Origin: Haliotis rubra
Lineage: Eukaryota
Length of the DNA: 64,000 nucleotides
Direction of reading: 5' to 3'
Assembly: GCF_003918875.1 (NCBI RefSeq)
Contig: NW_025766936.1
Span: 620,001 to 684,000, forward strand
Shown here: one piece after another, positions 12,236 to 25,529 of the stretch
Layout of the letters: each line of letters opens with the position of its first letter
Position numbering within the stretch: the stretch's first letter is position 1
Translations under genes and position numbers: made by a program
The notes under the pieces: generated by a model
Seen by the model: the letters and a program-made list of their open reading frames with translations, nothing else
What the model was told of the DNA's origin: nothing
Database searches by the model: none

Positions 12236-13353
12236 TCTCTGTCTTGTACTTCACTTTAACTGTCCAGACTCGACTTGGTTGCTGGTCGGTGATGTCGAGT
12301 TTGTCTCGGTCAGGTTACATTGATTATTTGCTAACGAAGGTATTAGAAGAGTTTATTCATACATTCTTTGAATTGGGAAAGCCTGTAATAGAATTTATGT
12401 TCTTCATATTTCAATTTTACCTTGACATCTTTCCTTATATAAATACCATACGCTGTTCTGTGTAAACTGCCAACCCAATTAACGACACATTTGTTTGTAC
12501 TGATCCGTATTGGTCGATATCTTCCTTCACAGAATTAAAAACTATTTTAATAACCGCGAATTACAAGAAATATCCAATAATATGTAATAAACTGACACCT
12601 TCAGAAGTAAGTTAACTTTGATTTTTTTCCTTTGGACCACCAATGTTATTTTGATATTTTCAATGAACCAGTGAAAGGCAGTGTTAGCACCCGGCTCACC
12701 TCAGGGATTCCTGACTCAGCCCTGCAGTGTATACATGCACGGTATGTAGTTTCAGATTTCAGCAACATTGTGATATCAAATAGGTTATGTTAAAACAAAC
12801 ATACTGATAAAAACAAATAAGAGTTGACAAGAACTGTTTCAAAAATGAAATGACTCGAGGTCAAAGCAGATATTCAATATCCTGTCCAGATTGTAGTACT
12901 GGTAGCGCTCTTTGATATACGCGTGTTGTATGTTTCAACTTTATGTGTTGCATCCGTGCTGTTTCGAACCTTCAAGACATTAGGACCCAAGGGAAAGTCT
13001 GTGAGAAGAACGCGGGGCAAGTGAGCATTAACTCTTGTGGTGTTTGTATTTGTGTCAGTCATTAACACCTGTTTCTTTAACCCATCCCGATACATCCCGA
13101 TACGTCTCTATATCTCATTTCACATGAGTGAAAATCCACTTAACTGTAGATGCTGACATTCTTCAGCTAATTAGTTCAAGAGGTTTGACGAAACAGAACC
13201 AGATACTTGCACCAACCCAATAAGAACCAAACTATGACGAGTAAAGCCATGTCTCCCCTGTAGACAGGAAATGCTGACCTGGGCAACAGGCGGCTCGAAA
13301 ACGCGGTCCTGTTACTTAACTTAACACCAATTCCTTCCTTTAGGATGATTAAA

Positions 13354-13500
13354 AGTGAGCAAGTGTATTTTGACGCCGCTTTTATCAATGTCGACTAGTA
13401 TCACGACGGGAAGTGATCCGAAATGTGCTGCGCATATCGTGGACCAACGAACCGGGACTTGGGCGGGACGAGCTAACAACATAACCATTTTGACCACCCG
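13354..13500 (-). mobile_element. Older diverged SINE copy
   Basis: GACGCCGCTTTTATCAAT..TATCACGACGGGA..CGAACCGGG..AACCAT..GACCACCC is colinear with the 6003-6153 SINE. Confidence 0.6.
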
Positions 13501-13595
13501 ATTGCCCCAACAATATCAAATGTATGTTAGACATCAGACAAAAGTTAAGAGATAGTGACTATATTGAATATGTGAAAACGTTTGATATAACTGGT

Positions 13596-13779
13596 GTGAG
13601 TGAGTTCTTATTTCTGAATGAGTTAGTATGGTTTTACGCCGCTTTTAGCAATATTCCCGCAATATCACGTCGGGGGACACCAGAAATGGGCTGCACACAT
13701 TGTGCCCATGTGGGGAATCAAACCTGGGTCTTCGGTGTGACCAGTAAAACCTTTAACCACTAGGCTACCCCCACCGCCC
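13596..13779 (-). mobile_element. tRNA-derived SINE
   Basis: GGTTTTACGCCGCTTTTAGCAATATTCCCGCAATATCAC...TGTGGGGAATCAAACCTGGGTCTTCGG...CACTAGGCTACCCC. Same family as 6003-6153. Confidence 0.85.
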
Positions 13780-14214
13780 CTATAACTGGGGTGACAGACC
13801 CTTGGTTGGACAATGTAAATCCCTTGTATGTAAATACGGCAAATACGGTAAATATTTCCAGACAGTTTGTTATACTCACGAGATGCTGTTATCACTTGTG
13901 TTGGAGACATAAACATCGGACATGGACGAGAGGAAGTTTTGCTCGAGACAGTATTTGCGGATGTATTGAAGGGCAGAGGCAATGGTGCTCAGGATGGGAT
14001 TTTACGTGCGATTGTTTCAGCCGTTCATCAAGCGATAAAACTGTAAACACCTTTGTGTAGAGCCCGTCAATATTGCTGACTGGTATGCACATTTTGTTAC
14101 TTTCATCAACTGTACCAGGCGAGTTTCCAAGAGGATTCGGTGACGATAACAGATTCACGTATATATACACTTGGTCACTTGCAAAAACAAATTAGTGTAT
14201 TAAGACTGTGTACT

Positions 14215-17200
14215 GTGACGTCACCACGCTCTGTCAATGTTCTATCACTACATCATCTGGGATGTCACCACGCTCTGTCAATGTTCTGTCACTACAACAT
14301 CTGGGATGTCACCACACTCTGTCAATGTTCTGTCACTACAACATCTGGGATGTCACCACACTCTGTCAATGTTCTATCACTACATCATCTGGGATGTCAC
14401 CACACTCTGTCAATATTCTGTTACTACATCATCCGGGATGTCACCACACTCTGTCAATGTTCTGTCACTACATCATCTGGGATGTCACCACACTCTGTCA
14501 ATGTTCTGTCACTACATCATAAGGGATGTCACCACGCTCTGTCAATGTTCTGTCACTACATCATCTGGGATGTCACCACACTCTGTCAATGTTCTGTCAC
14601 TACATCATCTGGGATGTCACCACGCTCTGTCAATGTTCTCTCACTACATCATCTGGGATGTCACCACGTTCTGTCAGTGTTCTGTCACTACATCATCTGG
14701 GATGTCACCACACTCTGTCAATGTTCTGTCGCTACATCATCTGGGATGTCACCACACTCTGTCAATGTTCTGTCTCTACATCATCTGGTATGTCACCACG
14801 TTCTCTCAGTTTTCTGTCACTACATCATCTGGGATGTCACCACGTTCTGTCAGTGTTCTGTCACTACATCATCTGGGATGTCACCACACTCTGTCAATGT
14901 TCTGTCACTACATCATCTGGGATGTCACCACGCTCTGTCAATGTTCTGTCACTACATCATCTGGGATGTCACCACGCTCTGTCAATGTTCTGTCACTACA
15001 TCATCTGGGATGTCACCACGCTCTGTCAGTGTTCTGTTACTACATCATCTGGGATGTCACCACACTCTGTCAATGTTCTGTCACTACATCATCTGGGATG
15101 TCACCACACTCTGTCAATGTTCTGTCACTACATCATCTGGGATGTCACCACGCTCTGTCAATGTTCTGTCACTACATCATCTGGGATGTCACCACACTCT
15201 GTCAATGTTCTGTCACTACATCATCTGGGATGTCACCACACTCTGTCAATGTTCTGTCACTACATCATCTGGGATGTCACCACACTCTGTCAATGTTCTG
15301 TCACTACATCATCTGGGATGTCACCACACTCTGTCAATGTTCTGTCACTACATCATCTGGGATGTCACCACACTCTGTCAATGTTCTGTCACTACATCAT
15401 CTGGGATGTCACCACACTCTGTCAATGTTCTGTCACTACATCATCTGGGATGTCACCACGCTCTGTCAATGTTCTGTCACTACATCATCTGGGATGTCAC
15501 CACACTCTGTCAATGTTCTGTCACTACATCATCTGGGATGTCACCACACTCTGTCAATGTTCTGTCACTACATCATCTGGGATGTCACCACACTCTGTCA
15601 ATGTTCTGTCACTACATCATCTGGGATGTCACCACGTTCTGTCAATGTTCTGTCACTACATCATCTGGGATGTCACCACACTCTGTCAATGTTCTGTCAC
15701 TACATCATCTGGGATGTCACCACACTCTGTCAATGTTCTGTCACTACATCATCTGGGATGTCACCACACCTCTGTCAATGTTCTGTCACTACATCATCTG
15801 GGATGTCACCACACTCTGTCAATGTTCTGTCACTACATCATCTGGGATGTCACCACACTCTGTCAATGTTCTGTCACTACATCATCTGGGATGTCACCAC
15901 ACTCTGTCAATGTTCTGTCACTACATCATCTGGGATGTCACCACACTCTGTCAATGTTCTGTCACTACATCATCTGGGATGTCACCACACTCTGTCAATG
16001 TTCTGTCACTACATCATCTGGGATGTCACCACACTCTGTCAATGTTCTGTCACTACATCATCTGGGATGTCACCACACTCTGTCAATGTTCTGTCACTAC
16101 ATCATCTGGGATGTCACCACGCTCTGTCAATGTTCTGTCACTACATCATCTGGGATGTCACCACACTCTGTCAATGTTCTGTCACTACATCATCTGGGAT
16201 GTCACCACGCTCTGTCAATGTTCTGTCACTACATCATCTGGGATGTCACCACGTTCTGTCAGTGTTCTGTCACTACATCATCTGGGATGTCACCACACTC
16301 TGTCAATGTTCTGTCACTACATCATCTGGGATGTCACCACACTCTGTCAATGTTCTGTCTCTACATCATCTGGGATGTCACCACGTTCTGTCAGTGTTCT
16401 GTCACTACATCATCTGGGATGTCACCACGTTCTGTCAGTGTTCTGTCACTACATCATCTGGGATGTCACCACACTCTGTCAATGTTCTGTCACTACATCA
16501 TCTGGGATGTCACCACGCTCTGTCAATGTTCTGTCACTACATCATCTGGGATGTCACCACGTTCTGTCAATGTTCTGTCACTACATCATCTGGGATGTCA
16601 CCACGCTCTGTCAGTGTTCTGTTACTACATCATCTGGGATGTCACCACACTCTGTCAATGTTCTGTCACTACATCATCTGGGATGTCACCACGTTCTGTC
16701 AATGTTCTGTCACTACATCATCTGGGATGTCACCACGCTCTGTCAATGTTCTGTCACTACATCATCTGGGATGTCACCACACTCTGTCAATGTTCTGTCA
16801 CTACATCATCTGGGATGTCACCACACTCTGTCAATGTTCTGTTACTACATCATCTGGGATGTCACCACACTCTGTCAATGTTCTGTCACTACATCATCTG
16901 GGATGTCACCACACTCTGTCAATGTTCTGTTACTACATCATCTGGGATGTCACCACACTCTGTCAATGTTCTGTCACTACATCATCTGGGATGTCACCAC
17001 ACTCTGTCAATGTTCTGTCACTACATCATCTGGGATGTCACCACGCTCTGTCAATGTTCTGTTACTACATCATCTGGGATGTCACCACACTCTGTCAATG
17101 TTCTGTCACTACATCATCTGGGATGTCACCACACTCTGTCAATGTTCTGTTACTACATCATCTGGGATGTCACCACACTCTGTCAATGTTCTGTCACTAC

Positions 17201-20200
17201 ATCATCTGGGATGTCACCACATCTGTCAATGTTCTGTCACTACATCATCTGGGATGTCACCACACTCTGTCAATGTTCTGTCACTACATCATCTGGGATG
17301 TCACCACACTCTGTCAATGTTCTGTCACTACATCATCTGGGATGTCACCACACTCTGTCACCTGTCACTACATCATCTGGGATGTCACCACACTCTGTCA
17401 ATGTTCTGTCACCACACTACATCATGTCACCACACTCTGTCAATGTTCTGTCACTACATCATCTGGGATGTCACCACACTCTGTCAATGTTCTGTCACTA
17501 CATCATCTGGGATGTCACCACACTCTGTCACCACACTCTGTCAATGTTCTGTCACTACATCATCTGGGATGTCACCACACTCTGTCAATGTTCTGTCACT
17601 ACATCATCTGGGATGTCACCACACTCTGTCAATGTTCTGTCACTACATCATCTGGGATGTCACCACACTCTGTCAATGTTCTGTCACTACATCATCTGGA
17701 TGTCACCACGCTCTGTCAATGTTCTGTCACTACATCATCTGGGATGTCACCACACTCTGTCAATGTTCTGTCACTACATCATCTGGGATGTCACCACGCT
17801 CTGTCAATGTTCTGTCACTACATCATCTGGGATGTCACCACACTCTGTCAATGTTCTGTCACTACATCATCTGGGATGTCACCACGCTCTGTCAATGTTC
17901 TCTCACTACATCATCTGGGATGTCACCACGTTCTGTCAGTGTTCTGTCACTACATCATCTGGGATGTCACCACACTCTGTCAATGTTATGTCGCTACATC
18001 ATCTGGGATGTCACCACACTCTGTCAATGTTCTGTCTCTACATCATCTGGTATGTCACCACGTTCTCTCAGTTTTCTGTCACTACATCATCTGGGATGTC
18101 ACCACGTTCTGTCAGTGTTCTGTCACTACATCATCTAGGATGTCACCACACTCTGTCAATGTTATGTCACTACATCATCTGGGATGTCACCACGCTCTGT
18201 CAATGTTCTGTTACTACATCATCTGGGATGTCACCAGACTCTGTCAATGTTCTGTCACTACATCATCTGGGATGTCACCACGCTCTGTCAGTGTTCTGTT
18301 ACTACATCATCTGGGATGTCACCACACTCTGTCAATGTTCTGTCACTACATCATCAGGGATGTCACCACACTCTGTCAATGTTCTGTCACTACATCATCT
18401 GGGATGTCACCACGCTCTCTCAATGTTCTGTTACTACATCATCTGGGATGTCACCACACTCTGTCAATGTTCTATCACTACATCATCTGGGATGTCACCA
18501 CACTCTGTCAATGTTCTGTTACTACATCATCTGGGATGTCACCACACTCTGTCAATGTTCTGTCACTACATCATCTGGGATGTCACCACACTCTGTCAAT
18601 GTTCTGTTACTACATCATCTGGGATGTCACCACACTCTGTCAATGTTCTGTCACTACATCATCTGGGATGTCACCACACTCTGTCAATGTTCTGTCACTA
18701 CATCATAAGGGATGTCACCACGCTCTGTCAATGTTCTGTCACTACATCATCTGGGATGTCACCACACTCTGTCAATGTTCTGTCACTACATCATCTGGGA
18801 TGTCACCACACTCTGTCAATGTTCTGTCACTACATCATCTGGGATGTCACCACACTCTGTCAATGTTCTGTCACTACATCATCTGGGATGTCACCACACT
18901 CTGTCAATGTTCTGTCACTACATCATCTGGGATGTCACCACACTCTGTCAATGTTCTGTTACTACATCATCTGGGATGTCACCACAGTCTGTCAATGTTC
19001 TATCACTACATCATAAGGGATGTCACCACGCTCTGTCAATGTACTCTTACTACATCATCTGGGATGTCACCACACTCTGTCAATGTTATGTTACTACATC
19101 ATCTGGGATGTCACCACACTCTGTCAATGTTCTGTCACTACATCATCTGGGATGTCACCACACTCTGTCAATGTTCTGTTACTACATCATCTGGGATGTC
19201 ACCACGCTCTGTCTGTGTTCTGTCACTACATCATCTGGGATGTCACCACGTTCTGTCAGTGTTCTGTCACTACATCATCTGGGATGTCACCACGCTCTGT
19301 CAATTTTCTGTCACTACATCATCTGGGATGTCACCACGTTCTCTCAGTGTTCTGTCACTACATCATCTGGGATGTCACCACACACTGTCAGTGTTCTGTC
19401 ACTACATAATCTGGGATGTCACCACACTCTGTCAGTGTTCTGTTACTACATCATCTGGGATGTCACCACACTCTGTCAATGTTATGTCACTACAACATCT
19501 GGGATGTCACCACGTTCTGTCAGTGTTCTGTTACTACAACATCTGGGATGTCACCACGTTCTGTCAATGTTCTGTCACTACATCATCTGGGATGTCACCA
19601 CGCTCTGTCAATTTTCTGTCACTACATCATCTGGGATGTCACCAGGTTCTGTCAGTGTTCTGTCACTACATCATCTGGGATGTCACCACACACTGTCAGT
19701 GTTCTGTCACTACATCATCTGGGATGTCACCACACTCTGTCAGTGTTCTGTCATTACATCATCTGGGATGTCACCACACTCTGTCAGTGTTCTGTCACTA
19801 CATCATCTGGAATGTCACCACGTTCTGTCAGTGTTCTGTTACTACATCATCTGGGATGTCACCACGTTCTGTCAGTGTTCTGTTACTACATCATCTGGGA
19901 TGTCACCACACTCTGTCAGTGTTCTGTAACTACATCATCTGGGATGTCACCACACTCTGTCAGTGTTCTGTCATTACATCATCTGGGATGTCACCACGTT
20001 CTGTCAGTGTTCTGTCACTACATCATCTGGGATGTCACCACACTCTGTCAGTGTTCTGTCATTACATCATCTGGGATGTCACCACACTCTGTCAATGTTC
20101 TGTCACTACATCATCTGGGATGTCACCACACACTGTCAGTGTTCTGTCACTACATCATCTGGGATGTCACCACACTCTGTCAGTGTTCTGTCATGACATC

Positions 20201-20940
20201 ATCTGGGATGTCACCACGCTCTGTCAGTGTTCTGTTACTACATCATCTGGGATGTCACCACGTTCTGTCAGTGTTCTGTCACTACATCATCTGGGATGTC
20301 ACCACGCTCTGTCAATGTTCTGTCACTACATCATCTGGGATGTCACCACACACTGTCAGTGTTCTGTCACTACATCATCTGGGATGTCACCACACTCTGT
20401 CAGTGTTCTGTCACTACATCATCTGGAATGTCACCACGTTCTGTCAGTGTTCTGTTACTACATCATCTGGGATGTCACCACGTTCTGTCAGTGTTCTGTT
20501 ACTACATCATCCGGGATGTCACCACGCTCTGTCAGTGTTCTGTCATTACATCATCTGGGATGTCACCACACTCTGTCAGTGTTCTGTCACTACATCATCT
20601 GGGATGTCACCACACTCTGTCAGTGTTCTGTCATTACATCATCTGGGATGTCACCACACTCTGTCAATGTTCTGTCACTACATCATCTGGGATGTCACCA
20701 CACTCTGTCAATGTTCTGTCACTACATCATAAGGGATGTCACCACTCTCTGTCAATGTTCTGTTACTACATCATCTGGGATGTCACCACACTCTGTCAAT
20801 GTTCTGTCACTACATCATCTGGGATGTCACCACGCTCTGTCAATGTTCTGTTACTACATCATCTGGGATGTCACCACACTCTGTCAATGTTCTGTTACTA
20901 CATCATCTGGGATGTCACCACACTCTGTCAATGTTCTGTT
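14215..20940. repeat. 44-bp satellite array (about 150 copies)
   Basis: Unit GGGATGTCACCACACTCTGTCAATGTTCTGTCACTACATCATCT. It produces spurious 44-aa-periodic ORFs in all three plus-strand frames. Confidence 0.98.
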
Positions 20941-22190
20941 AACTTCCTCTGTTATTTTCCATTTGCTTTTTCCAAATGGGACATTCTTTAGAAAAAGACG
21001 AATGAGGTCCCGAACAGTTTGCACATTTTTTATAAGTACTATAACAATCTTCTGTTGCATGTGTATTCTCAGCACAGTGAGCACATGTAACAGACAATGT
21101 GCAAGTATTAACACCATGTCCGTATTTCTGACACTTGAAGCAGCGCAGAGGGTTTGGAATGAATACATCCACGTTCAGATTGCAATAACCTGCCTTGACT
21201 GACTTTGGAGGAATTGGTGCAGAAAATGAAAAAAGGTAAGTGTTTGTTTGAACAATCTCATTATTTTTCCTGGTTGTAAACCTTTTGACGAATGAAACTC
21301 CTTGGTCTTTCATCTCGGATACAATATCGAGATCAATCATGTCTGCAAATAGAGGATCTCGATCTCTAACAGTACCTTTGCTGGTGTTTAACGTTCTGTG
21401 AGCTGACACCAGAACCAGGAATCAAATGAACAGATCAATTGATAGCAGGTTGGTTGCTTGTTGTTTTCTTTTACATTCGATTAACATCGATCCTGTACGC
21501 AAGCGTTTGATGTTTTTAACTTCTGCTATTCCAGAGACACCTTTAGAAATTGCAAAAGGGTTTAGTTTTAATGGAGTCTTGTCGAGAGTCTCGATGACCA
21601 AAAATTGTGGCCAATAATCGATAGATATGGAGGGTCGTTGCTGATCATCGTTTTCAAGTGGACGTTTGTTTTTTTGTTAGGAGTTTGATAATCCATGGTT
21701 GTTGTACTTGGATGATATACTCCAGCAGAAGAATTATAAATAATTACTCCACCAGATTGGCCCATGAGCCACCACCTTCTGGGCATAAGACTCTAGGCAA
21801 TTTATAGAATGAAAGTTCTAATTTGAATTTCGAAGGAAACATCATTAAGCCAAGACATTTGATAGAAACATTTAACAATATAATATATTTGTGCAGCACA
21901 ATATACATGCACAGGGCTTGGCATGACCAGCCGATTGGTAGAACCTGGCCCATTCTACCGCCCGTCTAGGTGAAGTAAGGGCCGAAGTGGTGTGTTGGGC
22001 AAAAGGAACACTGTTCCTGGCTCCAGTGCCCTCAACCACCAGAATCCCGTCCTCCACGGACACAGGGGGGCAACCCACGGCAAACGGGTTGGTGGACCAA
22101 ATATACCCCCGGGTCCACAACGGGGGGGTTGAAGAGCGCTTAGCGTTACCCAGCACTCTCCACGAGGAGGTGGCTCTTCACGGGTGCCCT
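20939..22190 (-). mobile_element. 5' part of a non-LTR retrotransposon (I/Nimb-like): GC-rich 5' UTR plus frameshifted gag-like ORF1; ORF2 absent
   Basis: VSAHRTLNTSKG, FIPNPLRCFKCQKYGH..C, CAHC..H..C and CANCSGPH..SKECP give three CCHC-type knuckles typical of I-group ORF1. Probable start MDYQTP near 21696, with frameshifts. Confidence 0.85.
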
Positions 22191-23151
22191 GTGATAAAGA
22201 TGTACATGCATGACGGGAAACTTATTTATCAAGACTTAACATTTATATTAATATTTCTTCAATAAAGAAACGATAATTAAATAAAGTAACACAAACATTC
22301 AACATTTATTTGTTAAGAAAAACGTTGATTTATATTTTTACACCACCTGTATTATTAGCATAGATGTAAAGACTTTTTCAGGTTTCTGTTGTTGAACTCT
22401 GAAAAAATCTTAAGTTGTTTTGGTACCAAATTCTCTCCTGTAAACTGCCCTTTAAATGCATGGGAATGTTAAATCAAGTGAAATAAAAATTAGGTACACT
22501 ATAGGTGAGTTGATATATTGACAACATAATACATTTATCACCTTTCTAAAGATATTAAGGCTAAAAAGCATTTTTCTAGCATTTCCGACAGCACTTTAGT
22601 ATAAGATTTCCAAGGATGTTCCATCCATTTTTTACATTTGATAACTACATTTTTCGAATGTGACTTCTGGTTGCCGTCGTCGGCGGCGTCGTCATCATCG
22701 ATAGTGACAACATCACCTTGTTTTCGTTCTGGTTTCTTAGGTGGAGGTGGTTAGAGTTGTTGATTACCTCAGAGATCCCTCGTGTTCAGCATTGCTTCTG
22801 TGGCCTGTTCTCGCCATGGTGAGCTGCTCGTCAACCTTGGCGTTGAAAGGGGTTGTCGTCGCTAAAGTGACCTGAAGAAAGAGAATAACATTTTGCTTTA
22901 TGAAAAAATACATATGTTTTATTGGCACACCAATGTTACAATTGAAGAGAACACTTTTACTGATTAAACAGTTTGCAGAGTAACAGTAGCAAAACATTAT
23001 TTAACCAGGCATGGTTTGTATACTCAAAGAAAAAGATCGGTTAATGACCATCTCAATTTTCAATATCAAAGTATTTAAAAGTTCATATTATGATCTACAT
23101 AACACTTAAGTAGTGGATTTGGGGATGGTTTTTGTTGAGTATATTTCACTA

Positions 23152-23648
23152 TAGTCCGTTTGAGTCAAAATCCCCCCCAATGAATTGCACACTAACTCAA
23201 AAACATATAATTGTAAATGACTCAAACCAACGCCAAAGTAAATAGGGAAAACGCACCAACTCTGCAGAATTTTGTTATCATTTTTGTCAACAAAATAAAA
23301 AAGTTGTTTAATAAACCATCATTATTTTCATTCGATACTACAAGATTTGTGACAAGGGTGTAGCAACAGCTCAGGTAACAGCATCGAAACAACATCGCAC
23401 GTGCCTCTCGCTTACCTGGCTGTTACCTGAGCTGTCTCTACACCATTGTCACAAATCTTGAAATATCGAATGAAAACAATGATGGTTTGTTAAACAACTT
23501 TTATATTTTGTTGACAAAAAATATAATAAAATTCTGCAGAGTTGGTGTGTTTTTCCTATTTACTTTGGCGTTGGTTTGAGTCATTTACAATTATATGTTT
23601 TTGAGTTAGTGTGCAATTCATTGGGGAGATTTTGACTCAGACGGACTG
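23152..23648. mobile_element. About 497-bp foldback MITE (near-perfect palindrome), CAGT-type ends and TA target, Tc1/mariner-pogo-like
   Basis: Arms of about 230 bp are reverse complements (AGTCCGTTTGAGTCAAAAT... / ...ATTTTGACTCAGACGGACTG) around a loop of about 35 bp. Sits in an intron of the recombinase gene. Confidence 0.88.
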
Positions 23649-24735
23649 TACTTTTCATGTACTAAAAAGTCATGCAATCGAATGAATATTACCTTTCCTG
23701 AATGGCCAGAAAATCTTCCATCCAGACCTGCCTCGTCGCACATTGTCTTGAACATTTTCTGCAATGTGTGCATCCCAACTTTGTGTTGTGAGTATCGCAG
23801 TTTTCCGTCCTCAGCTGCAAGAGGTCGTCTGTGGAAAGGACCCTCAGCCGGTATTGCTGCCAAGTAGGTCTCGAGATGTCCCACAAAACATCGTGGGTTG
23901 TCAGGTTGGGCGTATTGTTTCATATCCCTGAAAGAAACACTTAATATTCACCCGGGGCGACTAAAATCGTATAAATATGCTTCAATTGAAATTCAAACTT
24001 AGTCCGTGATCTATTTTTTGCTGTCGAAAGGAAAATGCCGGTTTCGCTAATTAAAGATTTACCAATGAGTTTTTCACGCAAACTATCTTTCGCCGGCTAA
24101 AATTGCTCATTAACATAGGAAGAGGTGATTTTATTGTAAGTTATAGGCGAGTTACTGAAATATACTGAAAGGCAGAAAAAACAAATTGGAACTGATGTCC
24201 ACAATTAGTGATATGGGTTATTACAACTCAAGGATTTACTTTTTGTCTAAATGTGCCAACTTTAAGGGTTTATAGGTCGTAACATACTTTTGAAGGTTCG
24301 AATCAATATCTAAAAAGTATTTTTAAGACTGAATTTGCGTTTCCTTTTTTCTCAGTATACCTGTTTGGAAAATACTTACTTGAACTGAATCTTTCCACAC
24401 TGCTTACGCCCGCCGTGACACGCCCAAAGAATCGCACGTATTCTCCAACAGAATATCGGCCAAATTGACTCACTTCCAGTTTGGCGTGTTCATCAGCCGC
24501 CCTTAATCCAAAAACTTTTCGTAGGAGAAGTAATGTGCATGTAGCAAACCACAAGAAGTCTCAGAAAAAAATGTTCCCTTAGCCCACAACTTCTCCTCTT
24601 CAAAAGGCGTGACAAGCTGTGCTTGCCGTGAAGAGAGTCCAAAACCCTTTTGGTTGATTTGTTTCATCACACCATCAAGAGTGGCACGAGAGTTACTGAA
24701 TTTGTGTTTATTCACATCCATGAAGTTTAGATCTG

Positions 24736-24851
24736 GGGCTCCTTTCACGAAGCAACCTTTACTAAGATTAACCTTAACTCCCATTCTTTAACATTGCACT
24801 AAGGTTACCTTAGCGACTTACGATCACCTTAGTGCTTTGTGAAAGGAGGCC
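24736..24851. mobile_element. 116-bp MITE with 19-bp TIRs and CTG target duplication
   Basis: GGGCTCCTTTCACGAAGCA / TGCTTTGTGAAAGGAGGCC, flanked by CTG on both sides. Removing 119 bp restores the frame KRPDLNF. Confidence 0.8.
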
Positions 24852-25529
24852 CTGGTCTCTTACAAACGTCACGCAAGTAGCGCCATATACCGATACAAAT
24901 ATTGTTGACCAACAGTGCGGGATACACGGTTCCATCTTGTCGTTTAATTTTACAAATAAAGCGACACATCCAAAAGTCGAGGGCGTCTGCAGGAATCTCA
25001 GCAGAGAGAGGAGGTACATTATACATACTGCTCACTTACAGCTGTACCTTGTTGAGCTATTCGTGTGTTTCTGTTTTTCGCCCACGAGTCGTAGATGTTT
25101 ACACACCATTTAGTATTCCGTGGTGTATTTTGAGGAATCCGATTTTTATGCAAGGCTTCGATAAATTCTCCAGTCACAGGTTCACTATAGCGCCGTTGCT
25201 CCTGACTAGATGTAAGTTTAAAGTCTTCTCGGTCCTCAAAGTCAATTTGAGACAACAACTCGTCTGCATCCATATCGAACTCCATGGCTCAATAAAGGTA
25301 TAACACGTGTTCTGCTTTTATACCTGAATATTGCACGTGCAGGAACGCCATGCTCGTGCATTTCGGATGAGCCAATCAAATCACTTGGGAAAACATTCAT
25401 AGTACTACGGATTTCATTGACAAAAACTGGAGGGACCCAAATAAGGTTGTGGAAATTCACAATGTTTCAAGAATTAAAAAGATATAAATTGTTTTCACTC
25501 GGTATTAATGAGATGTAAGTCACCTTTTA

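Larger units (their letters stand above)
22764..25285 (-). pseudogene. Crypton-type / DUF3504 (ZMYM-QRICH1-like) tyrosine recombinase gene, intron-containing and decayed
   Basis: IPQNT..NTKWCVNIYDSW, LDFWMCRFICKIKRQDGTVYP, EEEKLW, FGLRAADEH and FSGHSGK|VTLAT..TGHRSNA. Exons about 25285-24408, 23927-23693 and 22871-22764 with GT-AG ends. Frameshifts near 25050 and 24530; no catalytic Tyr after TGHRS. Confidence 0.8.

Noticed and set aside
14215-20940. CRISPR-like appearance of this and the other repeat arrays
   Set aside because: Units are head-to-tail with no unique spacers, there are no cas genes, and the context is eukaryotic.
14140-21202. Giant His/Cys-rich ORFs (1332, 1496 and 2321 aa)
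   Set aside because: Artefact of a 44-bp unit with no plus-strand stop codons. All three frames give the same 44-aa cycle, and indels shift frame freely.
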